Shown here piece after piece: positions 22,562 through 33,838 of a stretch of 64,000 bases of DNA. Positions within the stretch are counted from its first letter, which is position 1; every line of letters starts with the position of its first letter. The notes under the pieces were generated by a model. That model was given only the letters and a program-made list of their open reading frames with translations, was not told the DNA's origin and ran no database searches. A program made the position numbers and the translations under genes. The stretch comes from Pocillopora damicornis. Lineage: Eukaryota. The DNA lies in contig NW_020844576.1 in the NCBI RefSeq assembly GCF_003704095.1, positions 1 to 64,000 of the forward strand, written 5' to 3'.

Positions 22562-25328
22562 GTAACAAAGCCCTTCTGATAGCTTGATTTCGGTGAGGCT
22601 CATTACTCGCTCTTTTCCAATTCCATGCAGCCTAACTAGTAAGGTTTCGATTTCGACACCTTGGTTACCTTTACTTGAGTTGAACTCACACTCGCACTGG
22701 GCTTAATATACACCTGCATGAGTACTATGTTAAGCTGCTGTCGTGCAAAGAGATGAACTGCCCTCTGAACTTATTAGCGCAAAGAGACAACCTCACAAGT
22801 ACTTGAGACATGTATTTTTCAAAGTTATTCAAAGGTGACTACACACTAGTTCGGTAAATCAGGAAGGAATGCAAATGACTGTAGACTAGAAATATAATTA
22901 AATATTATTATTAATTATAAGAACGCAACGCAAATGACGAAGTTGAAAAAATATGCCCTCTCTCTTTGCTTGTAATCCCCGAGATGTGAAGACTACAACG
23001 TTGCTCTTTTTAGGTTCGAACTGTTTTTCATTTTGGTGGTAGGAAGCACAGGTAATGTGTACAATTTTCAAAGAGTACTCGTAGCTACGTGCAAGATTAT
23101 GTGTTCAAACCTTTTTCTCCGATGGAATTTAGGCCAAAGTTGCGTACTTTATCCCCGTGTTGTTGATTCAACCCCGTTGTTGAGGTACGCACATAGATTG
23201 TATGTTCTGCTATAGGATTTCTTGAACTACGCTAGCTCGAGAATGAGCTGAAGTTATTGAAGTTGAAGAGAAGTATTCCTCGTTTTTAAAAATTGATGTC
23301 AAGCTTTACTTTATCAATCGAATCCTGCAATAAAAGTTTCTCTATCATTTGATTTTCTTTTAATCCTTTCATTGGCTAGAAGCCCACCTGGTAATTTTCA
23401 AATGAGCGATTCTCAAATACTGAAAAAAAGGTAAAATTTCTTCCAGAGAGATTTTGAAGAAGACCGCAAAAATTGGTAGAGCGAGTGAAACGTGATTGAC
23501 GGGGAAAATAGGGGGAAAAAGGTTGAAGACAAACAGTGCAAATCATACCTCAACGCTGAGGTTAAAATACCTCTCAAAAAAGGGTCTAAAATCATTCTCT
23601 TTCCTCGTAGTCGGCACGCTAGTTGAACGGGAGAAACTTCGATTAAGGTTGAAGAGTTTTCATAGGGTGAAATCACAACGCATCAGCTGAGTTTGTCAAG
23701 CTAATTAGGAAGTAATGGGCGAAAAAAGTTTTGAATTGTCCTAAGATTATACAACTGGTATAATCCAAGACGGCTGCCTAATCGGGTTAATTTTAAAGGG
23801 TCAATGACTTTAAAGAAAAATAAAAATACAGTGTTCTAGCCTGTTGCATGAGTTCAGTTAGAGGAACGAATCGCGATAGTAGCGGCGGACCGAAAAAGGG
23901 GTAGAGGCTTGGGTCTGATGAACTCAACCCTCCCTCGACTTTTCCCTCCTTCCTTATTACTGCGCTACGTTTTAATAACTGAATGATTGGAACAGGCCAA
24001 TAGTGTTCGAAATTAAGTAGAGGTAAAAGAATATAAAGGCATAACGAATCACTGCTACATTTCACGTCATCGACGAACACGCGAAGAATGATGAGAACGG
24101 CGTTCTACCTTTAAGCTATGAATTGTCCCAAATACTGCGCATGCGAGTTTGATCTGTTGGTAGGAATATCCCATATGTAGCATCACCCCAATTTAAATCC
24201 GTCCAGTTGTCTGACTAATTAACTATATGACCGAACTTAATGGGATCTTTTCTATAGTACGTGTCCCATCTTTGAAACCAAACAAAGACAACACCATCAA
24301 CTGTGATGATGATGTGTAGCGTTTATCTCTAAGCGCGAAGCACATCGCCGACCCTGTCTCTCATGGCAACTGGTTAGTGACGATTGATGACCGTTCCTCT
24401 CCCCATGGTGGGTAGTTTGAGGAGGTGATCGTATTCAGAGCGGTTAAAGGAACATTAAACAGAAATGAAACTGAATGGGGGAGGGTGAGGCAGAATAGCA
24501 GTGCACACCCTTGTTAGGATATCCTTTCTAAACTGTCTCAACAATTTATCAATTTCAGTTCACCAGCGAGGATTAATTAACCATTTTAGCTCCAAAGTCA
24601 ACACAGATTCTTTTCATTGAGTCTGAGTGCATTTTCCTATGACAGCAATTAACTGAGAGAATCATTGTTGAAGGTTGCAGCCATTACTCTTTACTAATCA
24701 TGATCAGTTCCTTCTTTCTCAAGACCTCTACCTGCCGAGATGTAATAGTATTGTGAGGAGAATTTTAAGCTGATCTCTTACGAGCTTCAAAGGATGACAA
24801 CCCGATTTGATTTGTACTAAAGTCTTCTGTTAAACGCTGATTTTTTTTCCTTCTTTTTTTATCGAAGTTGTGTCATCCTCAGGCATAATTCAATACACGT
24901 AGCAAAAAAGGATATCATTAACAGTATGAAAAGAAACTCCTTAATTCGTCGTGATCCAGTCTCTGTCATAAAAACAAAGTAAGCTACATTACAAACACAA
25001 AATCTGCTGCTTTAGAAGAAATAAATAGATAAATAAAACATGACTGATCAGAAGCCGCGTGTTGTTATTCAAACTCAATACATAGCAATTGTGATCATGA
25101 ATTTTAATAATTTTCATTTACTGATTTCGTGCATAATTCATAAGCTACGAATTGCCCTGGGGTCTTCATTTGACGGTCGCTCGGCTGATTTATGTTCCTT
25201 TTACTGTATCGACAACACTTTGCGAGAATAAATCGAAATTCCTGTTAAAGCTACATCGCCACAAAGCTAAGTTAGATACTTCGCCAAGGGCTGCAGCGAG
25301 GATAATTTCTAAGTTAGTGATTACAATC

Positions 25329-25538
25329 ATGGATAATCTACTGTTTGACTACGATCACCCGACTCTTCGAGTTCTCTTCGTTTCGACGATAATCATACTG
25401 GGACTGTTGATTATAAACGATTTGATTCCTTGGGGTCCGCTGGGCCGTCGTACAAGACACAGGGAAAGCAACCTTGTTCTGATCATTCTCGCAATACTCG
25501 CGTTGGCAGTCGAGTGGACAGTTTACATGTTTTTGTAA
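25329..25538 (+). CDS. Putative small two-transmembrane orphan protein (69 aa, or first exon of a longer gene)
   Basis: ATG 25329 in good context (atcATGg): MDNLLFDYDHPTLR-VLFVSTIIILGLLII-NDLIPWGPLGRRTRHRESN-LVLIILAILALAVEWTVYMFL. Two hydrophobic helices with a basic loop. The stop overlaps a consensus donor GTAAGT at 25535. Confidence 0.5.
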   Translation: MDNLLFDYDHPTLRVLFVSTIIILGLLIINDLIPWGPLGRRTRHRESNLVLIILAILALAVEWTVYMFL

Positions 25539-26503
25539 GTCAGAACGAATTAAGCTTATGGAACTGTGGTCTTCGATCTAACATCAATCGCCTAACGGCC
25601 ATTCAGATTCGATTTTCTGTTTTTTGAGAGAGCTCCCTACATTTCTGCGATACCAGCTCATATTTGCTCTCGCGGAGCATTACGACAGATTCAGAATTTC
25701 CGATCGATGTTACATTCAAGAGAACAAAGGGAAAGTAAGCTGATATTTTAATTTAATTTAGCGATGCCATCTAGGACGTGGAATTATTCGACATTTATAA
25801 TCCCAACTGAACAGAAACGGTAAGAATTTCAGAGACTGAGACATCGGAAAGATCGGATAAGAAATAGAGATGGTTGACAGCTGAATTGACCATGTGGACG
25901 ATATGAATATTTAAATGCTGTCATGTTTCGTGACATTTGACTTGCAAATAAAGAACTGAACTCAAATATAGTGAAATCACGCGGCTCCGTCTAAGGGGGT
26001 ATTGAAATTGCACCTGGGTGACTTTTCAACCATCCTAACGGAGCGATTTCACCCAGGTTGCCTCTTGTGGCTTTGCATTTCTTTACATGCATGGCATCTT
26101 AAAAAAATTTTAAACTGCCACGAGTCATTCTTCCTGTGTTCTAGGCAAGGATGTCATTCCGCAATGAAATCTCACAACAGCACCATGTAATACAGTAATT
26201 ACAAATGATTTGAACTTTTGAGGTAAAATTTGATCGTCTAGTCTTGGGTATGGTATGGTACCTTAGAAACTCAGTACCATACCAACACCATATGAACAAC
26301 TTCTTCACAACATTTACGCTTCAAAAGAACCAAGCAAAATGACCCAACAAATTTCAACAAAATTCAATGTTCCTCAGAACGATAAGTTATGATAAGTTAT
26401 ATGATATTTTGTGGACAATTCAACAATATTTTTTATAAATCAACAAAGGAGGGGAAGTGTCCGTAAAGAGACTGTGGTGCTGCGTCGGTGGGAGACATAA
26501 CAG

Positions 26504-26694
26504 GGTAATTTGGTATTATCAACTGAGTTGATAAAGTAAAATTGGCCACCGTAAAGAATTTCAAAGCTGACGTTTCGAGCTTGCACCCTTCGTCATTTGT
26601 TCTGACGAATGGCTAAAGCTCGAAACGTCAGCTTTGTAACTCTTTACGGTGGCCAATTTTACGTTATCAACTCAGTCGATAATACCAAATTACC
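26504..26694. mobile_element. Penelope-like-derived foldback with arms of about 92 bp
   Basis: ggtaatttggtattatcaactgagttgataa...agctgacgtttcgagc...ttcgtca / tgacgaa...gctcgaaacgtcagct...ttatcaactcagtcgataataccaaattacc. Confidence 0.85.
26599..26633 (+). ncRNA. Minimal type I hammerhead ribozyme motif (probably degenerate)
   Basis: gtt-CTGACGA-atggctaaagctc-GAAA-C-GTC-agc: CUGANGA and GAAA boxes, 1-bp helix III and a GUC cleavage triplet, as in Penelope-associated hammerheads. The helix II closing pair is mismatched. Confidence 0.6.
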
Positions 26695-26953
26695 TTGTAA
26701 CATTTTTCATATCCGGGTCCCCTCAATAGATTGTGATTCAAGTTTGTCGGGTTTTCCACACGTGCTTCAACAATCTTGCATGCGGCATGACGAAAAAGTG
26801 GAATTGCTTAGACTTGTTACTGTTACTTGGAAGTTAAATAAATCCTTTTTTTCGTCTCGCTTGGTTGAATTTATTAAACCGATTTTGACTAACGTCCAGT
26901 AACATGGTCATCCTTTCCTCAATCGGCTTGACGTCACCAGATAAGCAGCACCA

Positions 26954-28006
26954 TTACTTTTTAAATTTTCGGAGCACTCCAGGTAGTCGAGATTTTCTTT
27001 TTGTGGGCTGTGAGCCACATTTACCGTTTGTTCTCCAGTAGAGATATTCAAGGGGCAACCCACTCAATGTAGATGTCTCCTCTGGGAACAAGAATGGGTC
27101 GCTTGAAGTATACTGACTACTTGCTCTCGTGACAACTACGTTGTTTACCTGCATGTAAAGATCACGACTGAATATTGGATCACTTTCTCCAGGTCTGTGA
27201 GATCCAACAGGTTCTTTTTTGTTTGTAGTGGACGAATTTTTCACTGATTTTCTTCGACAACATTTGCCTGAATTTACCCCCTTTTTTCCTTGAAGTTTAC
27301 GTTCTACATCGATATTGCCGGCCAAATTTTCCCGCGCCTCTGACTTATTTTCATTACGACAACATAGCGCATTATCTGGTGTCGTTTGAGTGCCTCTGAA
27401 TGAAATTCTTTGTCTGAAAGCTTTCCATGTAGCGATAATCTTGGACGAAAAAGACGAATTCAATGCAATTTCCTGGGTATTAGCCGTATTATCATCGTTG
27501 ACACAGTTATCGACTCCCATCCAAGTTGTTTTTCTCATAAAATTTTCATTCAGCCGAGCACATGATGCGAAGCTCTGTAAAGCCTGAGCGCTAGTTTGTT
27601 TTTGTAACAAACTGTCTTTGGTCTCGGAGAAAGCTAAGACAATATGATCATTTGAGGTTTCATCCGGCTGGCCTTCGGAAATCTCAGTAATGGGACATAG
27701 CCCCCTAGCACAACCGGCCCTAGAGGGTCCTTGCCTGGCCGAGGGTAAAACTGCGGGCGCGATTTTCTTTCTTCTGAACCAATACTTGATTCCGCGGTTC
27801 CTAACTCCATTTACATCATAATGCTTTTGTCTTGGGCCCTCACTGTGAGACATACATTGAGGTTTCCGGCGAATTTCCTCATCTTCGACTGCAATCGTAT
27901 CAAGTTGTTGGACTCGCGTTTCATGTTCATGATTTTGAAGACCAAAGGCTTCCTTTAACCCGCACGTGATAAAACACAAGAAATAGTAGAGCTTTGATGA
28001 AAGCAT
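26954..28006 (-). CDS. Uncharacterised intronless 350-aa protein with a hydrophobic N-terminus and basic clusters
   Basis: 1053-nt ATG-TAA ORF in AT-rich DNA; minus-strand AATAAA at about 26870-26875; CRE-like TTACGTCA and E-box CACGTG 100-140 bp upstream. No domain recognised. Confidence 0.7.
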   Translation of the reverse strand: MLSSKLYYFLCFITCGLKEAFGLQNHEHETRVQQLDTIAVEDEEIRRKPQCMSHSEGPRQKHYDVNGVRNRGIKYWFRRKKIAPAVLPSARQGPSRAGCARGLCPITEISEGQPDETSNDHIVLAFSETKDSLLQKQTSAQALQSFASCARLNENFMRKTTWMGVDNCVNDDNTANTQEIALNSSFSSKIIATWKAFRQRISFRGTQTTPDNALCCRNENKSEARENLAGNIDVERKLQGKKGVNSGKCCRRKSVKNSSTTNKKEPVGSHRPGESDPIFSRDLYMQVNNVVVTRASSQYTSSDPFLFPEETSTLSGLPLEYLYWRTNGKCGSQPTKRKSRLPGVLRKFKK

Positions 28007-29915
28007 GTTGTAAATACCTCTCAGTTTCTTCTGATAAATCTCAGGTGCAGGTATTTTCTATCAAATGCGGCAATGGCTTCATTACATAGGTCATAATAAG
28101 GCTTACGTCATCATTCTTTCCGCGCGCAAAAGATTAGAGCCACGTGACTGATCACCTCTATTCGTTGTTCTTTCTTCTTTTTTTCGTTTTTTGTTTTGTT
28201 CGTTTGTTTTTTTTTTTAAAGAAGCCTAAGGAGCTTATACTTTTGCTACGAATCCAGTTTGAAATGTAAGGTTTATCAAAATACAGACAACATCCGAAGT
28301 AAATTTTAAATCAACCGCATTTTAAGTGATGGGTATTATATGAAAAAGAAATGTGCTAAGCATTATTCACTATACGTTTATCAAGAGCAATAGATTATAA
28401 TCTCTTCCGAGAGCGATTTCTTAAACTGCCGTAGTAATCAAGCAATAGTAAAGGTCAAAAAGGCTTCACCAATTTTTCTGACTTTCCCGGAGCGGTTGGG
28501 TTGAAAAAGTTGTTTACTTGATTAATGGCTATCAAACCAGTTAGGAAAAAATGAAAAACAGATGTAATCCAAGCGGATGTCGCCACTTTGCATACGGTGA
28601 TGAGCGTGCTCGAGAGAGAATTACCCTACCTACGGCACATAATTTCTATCTCCGCCGCGAAAACTTGTACAAAAAAATTTACTTCTAATCGCGTTGAAGA
28701 GATTTCTACGAGTGCTCAACTTTTACCTGTCAGGTAAGTAAACTAGCGCGTACTCTGTCGAGAAAATGCGTTTAGTTGCAGGACGGTACAGTGGTGTGAC
28801 AACCTTATCCTGGCAAGAGACATCTTGTTGCCATTAGGGATAACTCCCCTTGTTAAAAAAGGGGATTACGACATTTTCGCCGCCAGTAAGCTGCCAGCTT
28901 ACTGGCCAGACATACAAAAGTTACATCATTCGAAAATTACATCGATGACCACAGTTTCCATCTGATAAGTCCAAAACCTCCATCCATTCATAAACATCAA
29001 CGAAAAATTGCATTAAAATCCTAAATTTTTTTCTTAGCTCCTCCCTCTGTCATGAAGTTTTAGCCTTCGATCGATAAAAATTTTTTCCTCTGTCTAGATT
29101 TTGATCAGCCCTTATTATTTTGGATACCATCAAATTTTTCGGTTTTTCTTTATTTGTATACTCGATAACTGGCCCGGGGCAGGAGGCCATTAATGGGCTC
29201 CTGCCCGGTGGCATAACGGGAGAAGAACGTCCTCATGACTAACCAATCAGAGCGTGCGCAATATTAGCCCCAGTGCTGAGCCAAGGAGTAAAATTAAATA
29301 CAAAAAAGAAGTCAGTGATCTAGCTCTGATTAATAAACAGATGTAAACATATGACGCGGAAGTATGTTCTGTCCGCGGACGTTATCTAATCCGCGAAGTG
29401 AAGAGTTTAACTAAAGCGTATCGCATGTCACTACCGAACGTTATACTGTAAAGGAAACTTACATCGGTATCAAAATTGATCACCTTTTATTGCTTAGTTA
29501 CGAAGTTTTATTTAGCCAGGTAGCTGTTGCAGCCGTGCAAATTCAATTTAAATTAAGAAAAAATTAACAATATACTTCTAGCTGGGGCGCGTATTTTATC
29601 TCTGATCATATATATGTCTAGATAAATATTTACACATAATTTCATAATTGAATTTGCATTGACCTAAATAATCGAAAAACCATATCAAATAATATCGAAT
29701 ATCGAATAACCATTTATCCAAGGGCTATTTTGTTCTTTGCAATAAGTTTTAAATTTAAGTTGTCGTTCTGGAGGTATATTTATTCCTAGGCGAGCCCAAC
29801 AACAAGCAGAAAACGTATTCATTTTGCAATCAACCTTCCACAGGAGCCCATGGGCTTCTGCCTTCCGTTACCATTTCGGTAATTTACAAAAAGGAAGACT
29901 TCATATCACTTCATA

Positions 29916-31261
29916 TCACTTATCACCACGGAGCCAAGAATTGTCATAAGTGATGTCAGTGTTTTTCTTTAACGCTACCCGTGTTCTCTTAGCAACACGA
30001 ATGGTCTCCATCTTTGATATTTGATAACGCGGTAAACAAATCTTTCCATACTCGACGCAAACAAATCCATGTGGACAACAGGTTCTTTTATTCGGGCAAC
30101 AAACAGCCTTTGGTAAAGGACAGCATCCATACGGCACTCCAAGAGCAAGACAACATGTTTGATTATCACGACAATATTGCTTATCGGAACATTTAATTGT
30201 CTGGATATCTACTACCTGAGATGTCTGAAATGAAGATACAAACAACTGGTAATTTACATGTTAGCTGGATCATATCCGTATTTTAATTGGCTCGAACTTA
30301 TGATCTATTGGAAGACAGACACATAGATGACGTCACAAATTGGCTTTTTTATCATTTGACATAAATAGATTCCATGTTTGCGAGGATCTGTACAGTAATA
30401 GACCGCACGGGGCGTAAACATGTGATAACAACATCAGTGACACACTCTGCTGGTCTTCCTGTGCCACTTTTTTGTTCTTACCACTTTTTAACGTTATTGG
30501 TGATCTATTGCTGAACAGACCCACGGCAACATGCAATCTATTTGTTAAATAGAACTTAGTAAACAAAATCAAGGGAAACGAAAAATCTGGGGTTACAAAT
30601 AAAAGTTATCAGAAAACCGTTTCATTAATGTAAAACTCAACGACAAAAAATTGTAATAGAAAGACATTAAGGGATCAGTCATTAATCGCGGGAAGAGGGA
30701 GGGAGGAGGGGGTGGAGGATTTTGATTGTGTCACGATAGACTTAAAATTGACCTGATCCTCCCAAAAGACTCTGCATTATTTTATGAACCCCCAAAACTC
30801 CGCAGAAAATGTATTAAATTTGTGAGATGGAAAACAAGATTTGGCTCAAAAAAACTTCGAAACAAAGGGGTAACAAGAACAAAAACAACCATCAAAAGTA
30901 CGCAAAAAATGTCTACGTTACTTTTCCAGTGTGAAAGTTAGAGTTCTTTGACGAATACAAAGAATACAAATGAAGGAGAGGAAAAAAACCATGTGATCCC
31001 CAAAACACTCTACCNNNNNNNNNNNNNNNNNNNNNNNNNNNNNNNNNNNNNNNNNNNNNNNNNNNNNNNNNNNNNNNNNNNNNNGTGATTTTTATTTTTA
31101 ATCAACATATACTGTTAAAATGATAACACAAATAAAATCGTTTGCAAACCTACGGATGTAAATCTCGATGGCATCTTCAGCTGTGAAGGTGTCTTCGATT
31201 CCTCGGCATGTGAAAAAGTCACAAAACTGCACAACACCGCTGAAATAACGTACCACTTCAT
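29916..31261 (-). CDS. Secreted single-domain granulin protein, 2 exons, about 138 aa
   Basis: Exon 1, 31261-31154: MKWYVISAVLCSFVTFSHA-EESKTPSQLKMPSRFTS (signal peptide, donor gtaggt). Exon 2, 30224-29916 (acceptor tttcag): full 12-Cys granulin C-x5-C-x5-CC-x8-CC-x6-CC-x5-CC-x5-C-x6-C plus a basic tail. Phase 0 join. Confidence 0.88.
30260..30552. mobile_element. Interspersed repeat with internal inverted repeat in the granulin intron
   Basis: aaatagattccatgtt...tctgtacagtaatagac is inverted against gatctattgctgaacagac...aacatgcaatctattt. Confidence 0.65.
30669..30790. mobile_element. Terminal fragment of MITE-like family B
   Basis: agggatcagtcattaatcgc...ggaggattttgattgtgtcacgata is the approximate reverse complement of the end of the 43900-44399 element. 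Confidence 0.6.
31015..31084. other. Assembly gap (70 N)
   Basis: Run of N inside the granulin intron. Confidence 0.99.
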
Positions 31262-32737
31262 CTGCTCATTAAAGAAAAGGAAGTAAACTCAGAAAGTTAC
31301 GAATTCAGCTTACTCTCCTACCAAGAGATCATAAGGGGACAGAGGAGACTTCTGGTCCAGCCCTTGGGATATGTCAATTTCACTTAAGTTATTTATGGAT
31401 AGTCGTAACTGGACCACCCTTTGCGTATGATGACATGTGAGACTAACTATTGACAATCAATAACGTTTACATAGATGTAGCGCAGGATAATTAAATTTGT
31501 CCAAAACAACCAAAATTACGAATCCGTTTTTTCTTGTACAACCCTCATTAAATAAAATAAAATATTCCATTTTCTGATCCGTATGCTGCGAGGCGTGAGT
31601 CACGTTTTGCTGAATCCGAAACGAGCGTTATGATTTTGTTTTCATGCACATGTCATGCATCGATTTTCGTTTGGCATATAGCCTTTTGCTCACGGAAAAT
31701 GACTTAAAATGGTTAACATCCGTCCTCTTTCAGTGAGCTTTGGTCGCCTGTGAGTTAGATTGATGTATTGGGGAACAGCTATGATATTTTTTTCCTATTT
31801 ATATCAAACTGACTTCGGCAAAAAGAAACTACGTTAGGAAACCAAGATGCTTTCCATCTCAAGCTAAAAATAACTTAACTGAAATCGACAAATCCTGGCC
31901 AACGCCCTTATTTTCCGTCTCTGTCCCCCTATAACCTCTTGCCCATGCACAATAATGCTTACAAATGCGCAATCACTGTCCTCCTTCGAAAGATCTTAAT
32001 AAATACTGTTCCTAAATCCAAGTGTAGACGTCAGGGTCCACAAGCAAATTTTAATGAGAATCAATTCAAGATTTTTTAGGAAAGAAGTTAAAAAGAACTT
32101 GAAAAAAGTGCTCTGAATTTCGTTTTGTATCAAAAATAAACTGATGTGGTGACTCTGACAAAGTCCTAAAAGCTATGTGATCGTGCTATCTTAAAATACT
32201 CGTAGCGGTTTCCATCCACGACTATATATGGCTCCTATCATTCTGTTACTCAAGCCCAAAATAAATCGAAAAAATTGTAGTTTTAGTTAGATCCTTTATG
32301 CTAATAACATATAATTTTTCAAATTGTAAAATCCAACCCTTTTCTAAAATCAAAAAAGTAAAATGACTTACATTACCACTCTGCTGCTTTCTCCCACGGT
32401 GGTTACACTAATACTAATTTTGAATACTATCTGTGGAGAGAAAACACCTATATTATCTATATTTGTAATGAGACTCATGATTCCTCGTGACAATAAGATG
32501 ACCGGGTGCACGTGCCCCTCATCCATTTCGAATGGATGAAATCATCAGTTGAATTCGACCAAAACCTAATGCGTTTTATTTGTCTCGTACCTTCGTGACT
32601 CTGACGGTGAAAATGTTGCCTTGAAATTTCGGTTGTCTTGTACCTTTAGTACATGTATACATCAAAATAAAAAAGCTAATGGCCAGAGCATATACGGGCC
32701 AAATGTCTACGCAAGTAACAAAGTAAAAGTTACGTAC

Positions 32738-33560
32738 CTGCCCGACAATTTCTTGGTGGTTTCGTTGAGTTCCTTCATGTTTCTTCCAGCTGCTGCATCT
32801 TCTACTTCCTCTGCTAGTCTTTCTACGTAGCTGCGTTTTTCCGGCTTGACACTTGTCTTTACTTCTTTGTTGATCGCGGTGTATTCTTGGAAAGATGCCA
32901 CCTCCAATGACTATGTTGTGAAGAGCACAGGTGTCAGAAAATATCAGTTTCGCCGCTTTCGTTTATTTTTCCAAGTCCATGTGTTCCCATCGCTTCTGTG
33001 TGGCTAGTATTGCCTGCCCCAATCTTTGTATTGAAGTCTACCATGACTATGTTGACATCCTTTTCTGACAGCTGTTTAACGATGCACTCTAGCCTGTTGT
33101 GAAACTAGTCCTTACTTCCTTCTTCGCTATCGTCTATCGTTGGTTGATGCGTAGCATTGTACGACATTCATCTTGATCTGGCTCATCCCGGTTCTGAAGG
33201 ATGCTGATGGGTGCTCTTTGTGCTGACGTTAGTCTTTTCTGTCAGGACTGCTTCCAGTGGGTTTCGCTAATTCCTAAAACGGAAAGCTGACATTCTTTCA
33301 TCTCTACTGCAACCCGTGCGGTCTTCCCCACCTACATGGTTTTTACGTTCCATGTACCAATCTTTATGGCCCTGTTTGAGAGAAAGGGGACCGGCCCTAC
33401 GGCTTCCGTGAAATTACGGCTTTCACCAAATGGCTTCATATGTCTTCTTTATGAAGGTACTTCCTCTTCCAGGGATGAAGTTTGAACCTGTATTGACGTT
33501 TCTGTAGCAGTATGGTTTTTCCCAGGGTGGGGTTGCTGACCCCACACCTAACCGGCAAGT
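32738..33560 (-). mobile_element. Decayed RTE-clade non-LTR retrotransposon, 5' part (5'UTR plus AP endonuclease, internally deleted)
   Basis: Minus-strand fragments IGTWNVKTM*VGKTARVAVEMKECQLSVLGISETHW, KMNVVQCYA, IVMVDFNTKIG, MGTHGLG and DTCALHNIVIGGGIF, then a jump to QEYTAINKEVK...LAEEVEDAAAGRNMKELNETTKKLSG. Contains stops and frameshifts; no RT domain seen. Confidence 0.88.
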
Positions 33561-33763
33561 GGCTCAAAAGAGCCACTAGGTGGATCCTAAAGAAGACGAA
33601 AGAAGACACTTGGTTTGCGGGACATGATTCTGCGGGACCTGAGCTAAAGGTCTTTGTTTCGGTATCAAGAAGAAAAATTTCACCTTATTAGCTAAACAAC
33701 AAGGCATAACATTCTGAGAGGAACGCGTGACAAACCAATTGAAATATCACAGGGATCCCTAGG

Positions 33764-33838
33764 TAGCCTACGTGTAGTCGTACCCTCCCCCTCCCCTAAG
33801 GTGGGGGAGGGGAGGGGGGTACAGCTACACGCAAGGTA
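33764..33838. mobile_element. 75-bp palindromic mini-element
   Basis: tagcctacgtgtagtcgtaccctccccctcccc ... ggggaggggaggggggtacagctacacgcaaggta. Confidence 0.7.

Noticed and set aside
26954-28006. Classical cnidarian neuropeptide precursor (RFamide/LWamide type)
   Set aside because: No repeated peptide units ending in G-K/R and no acidic spacers.
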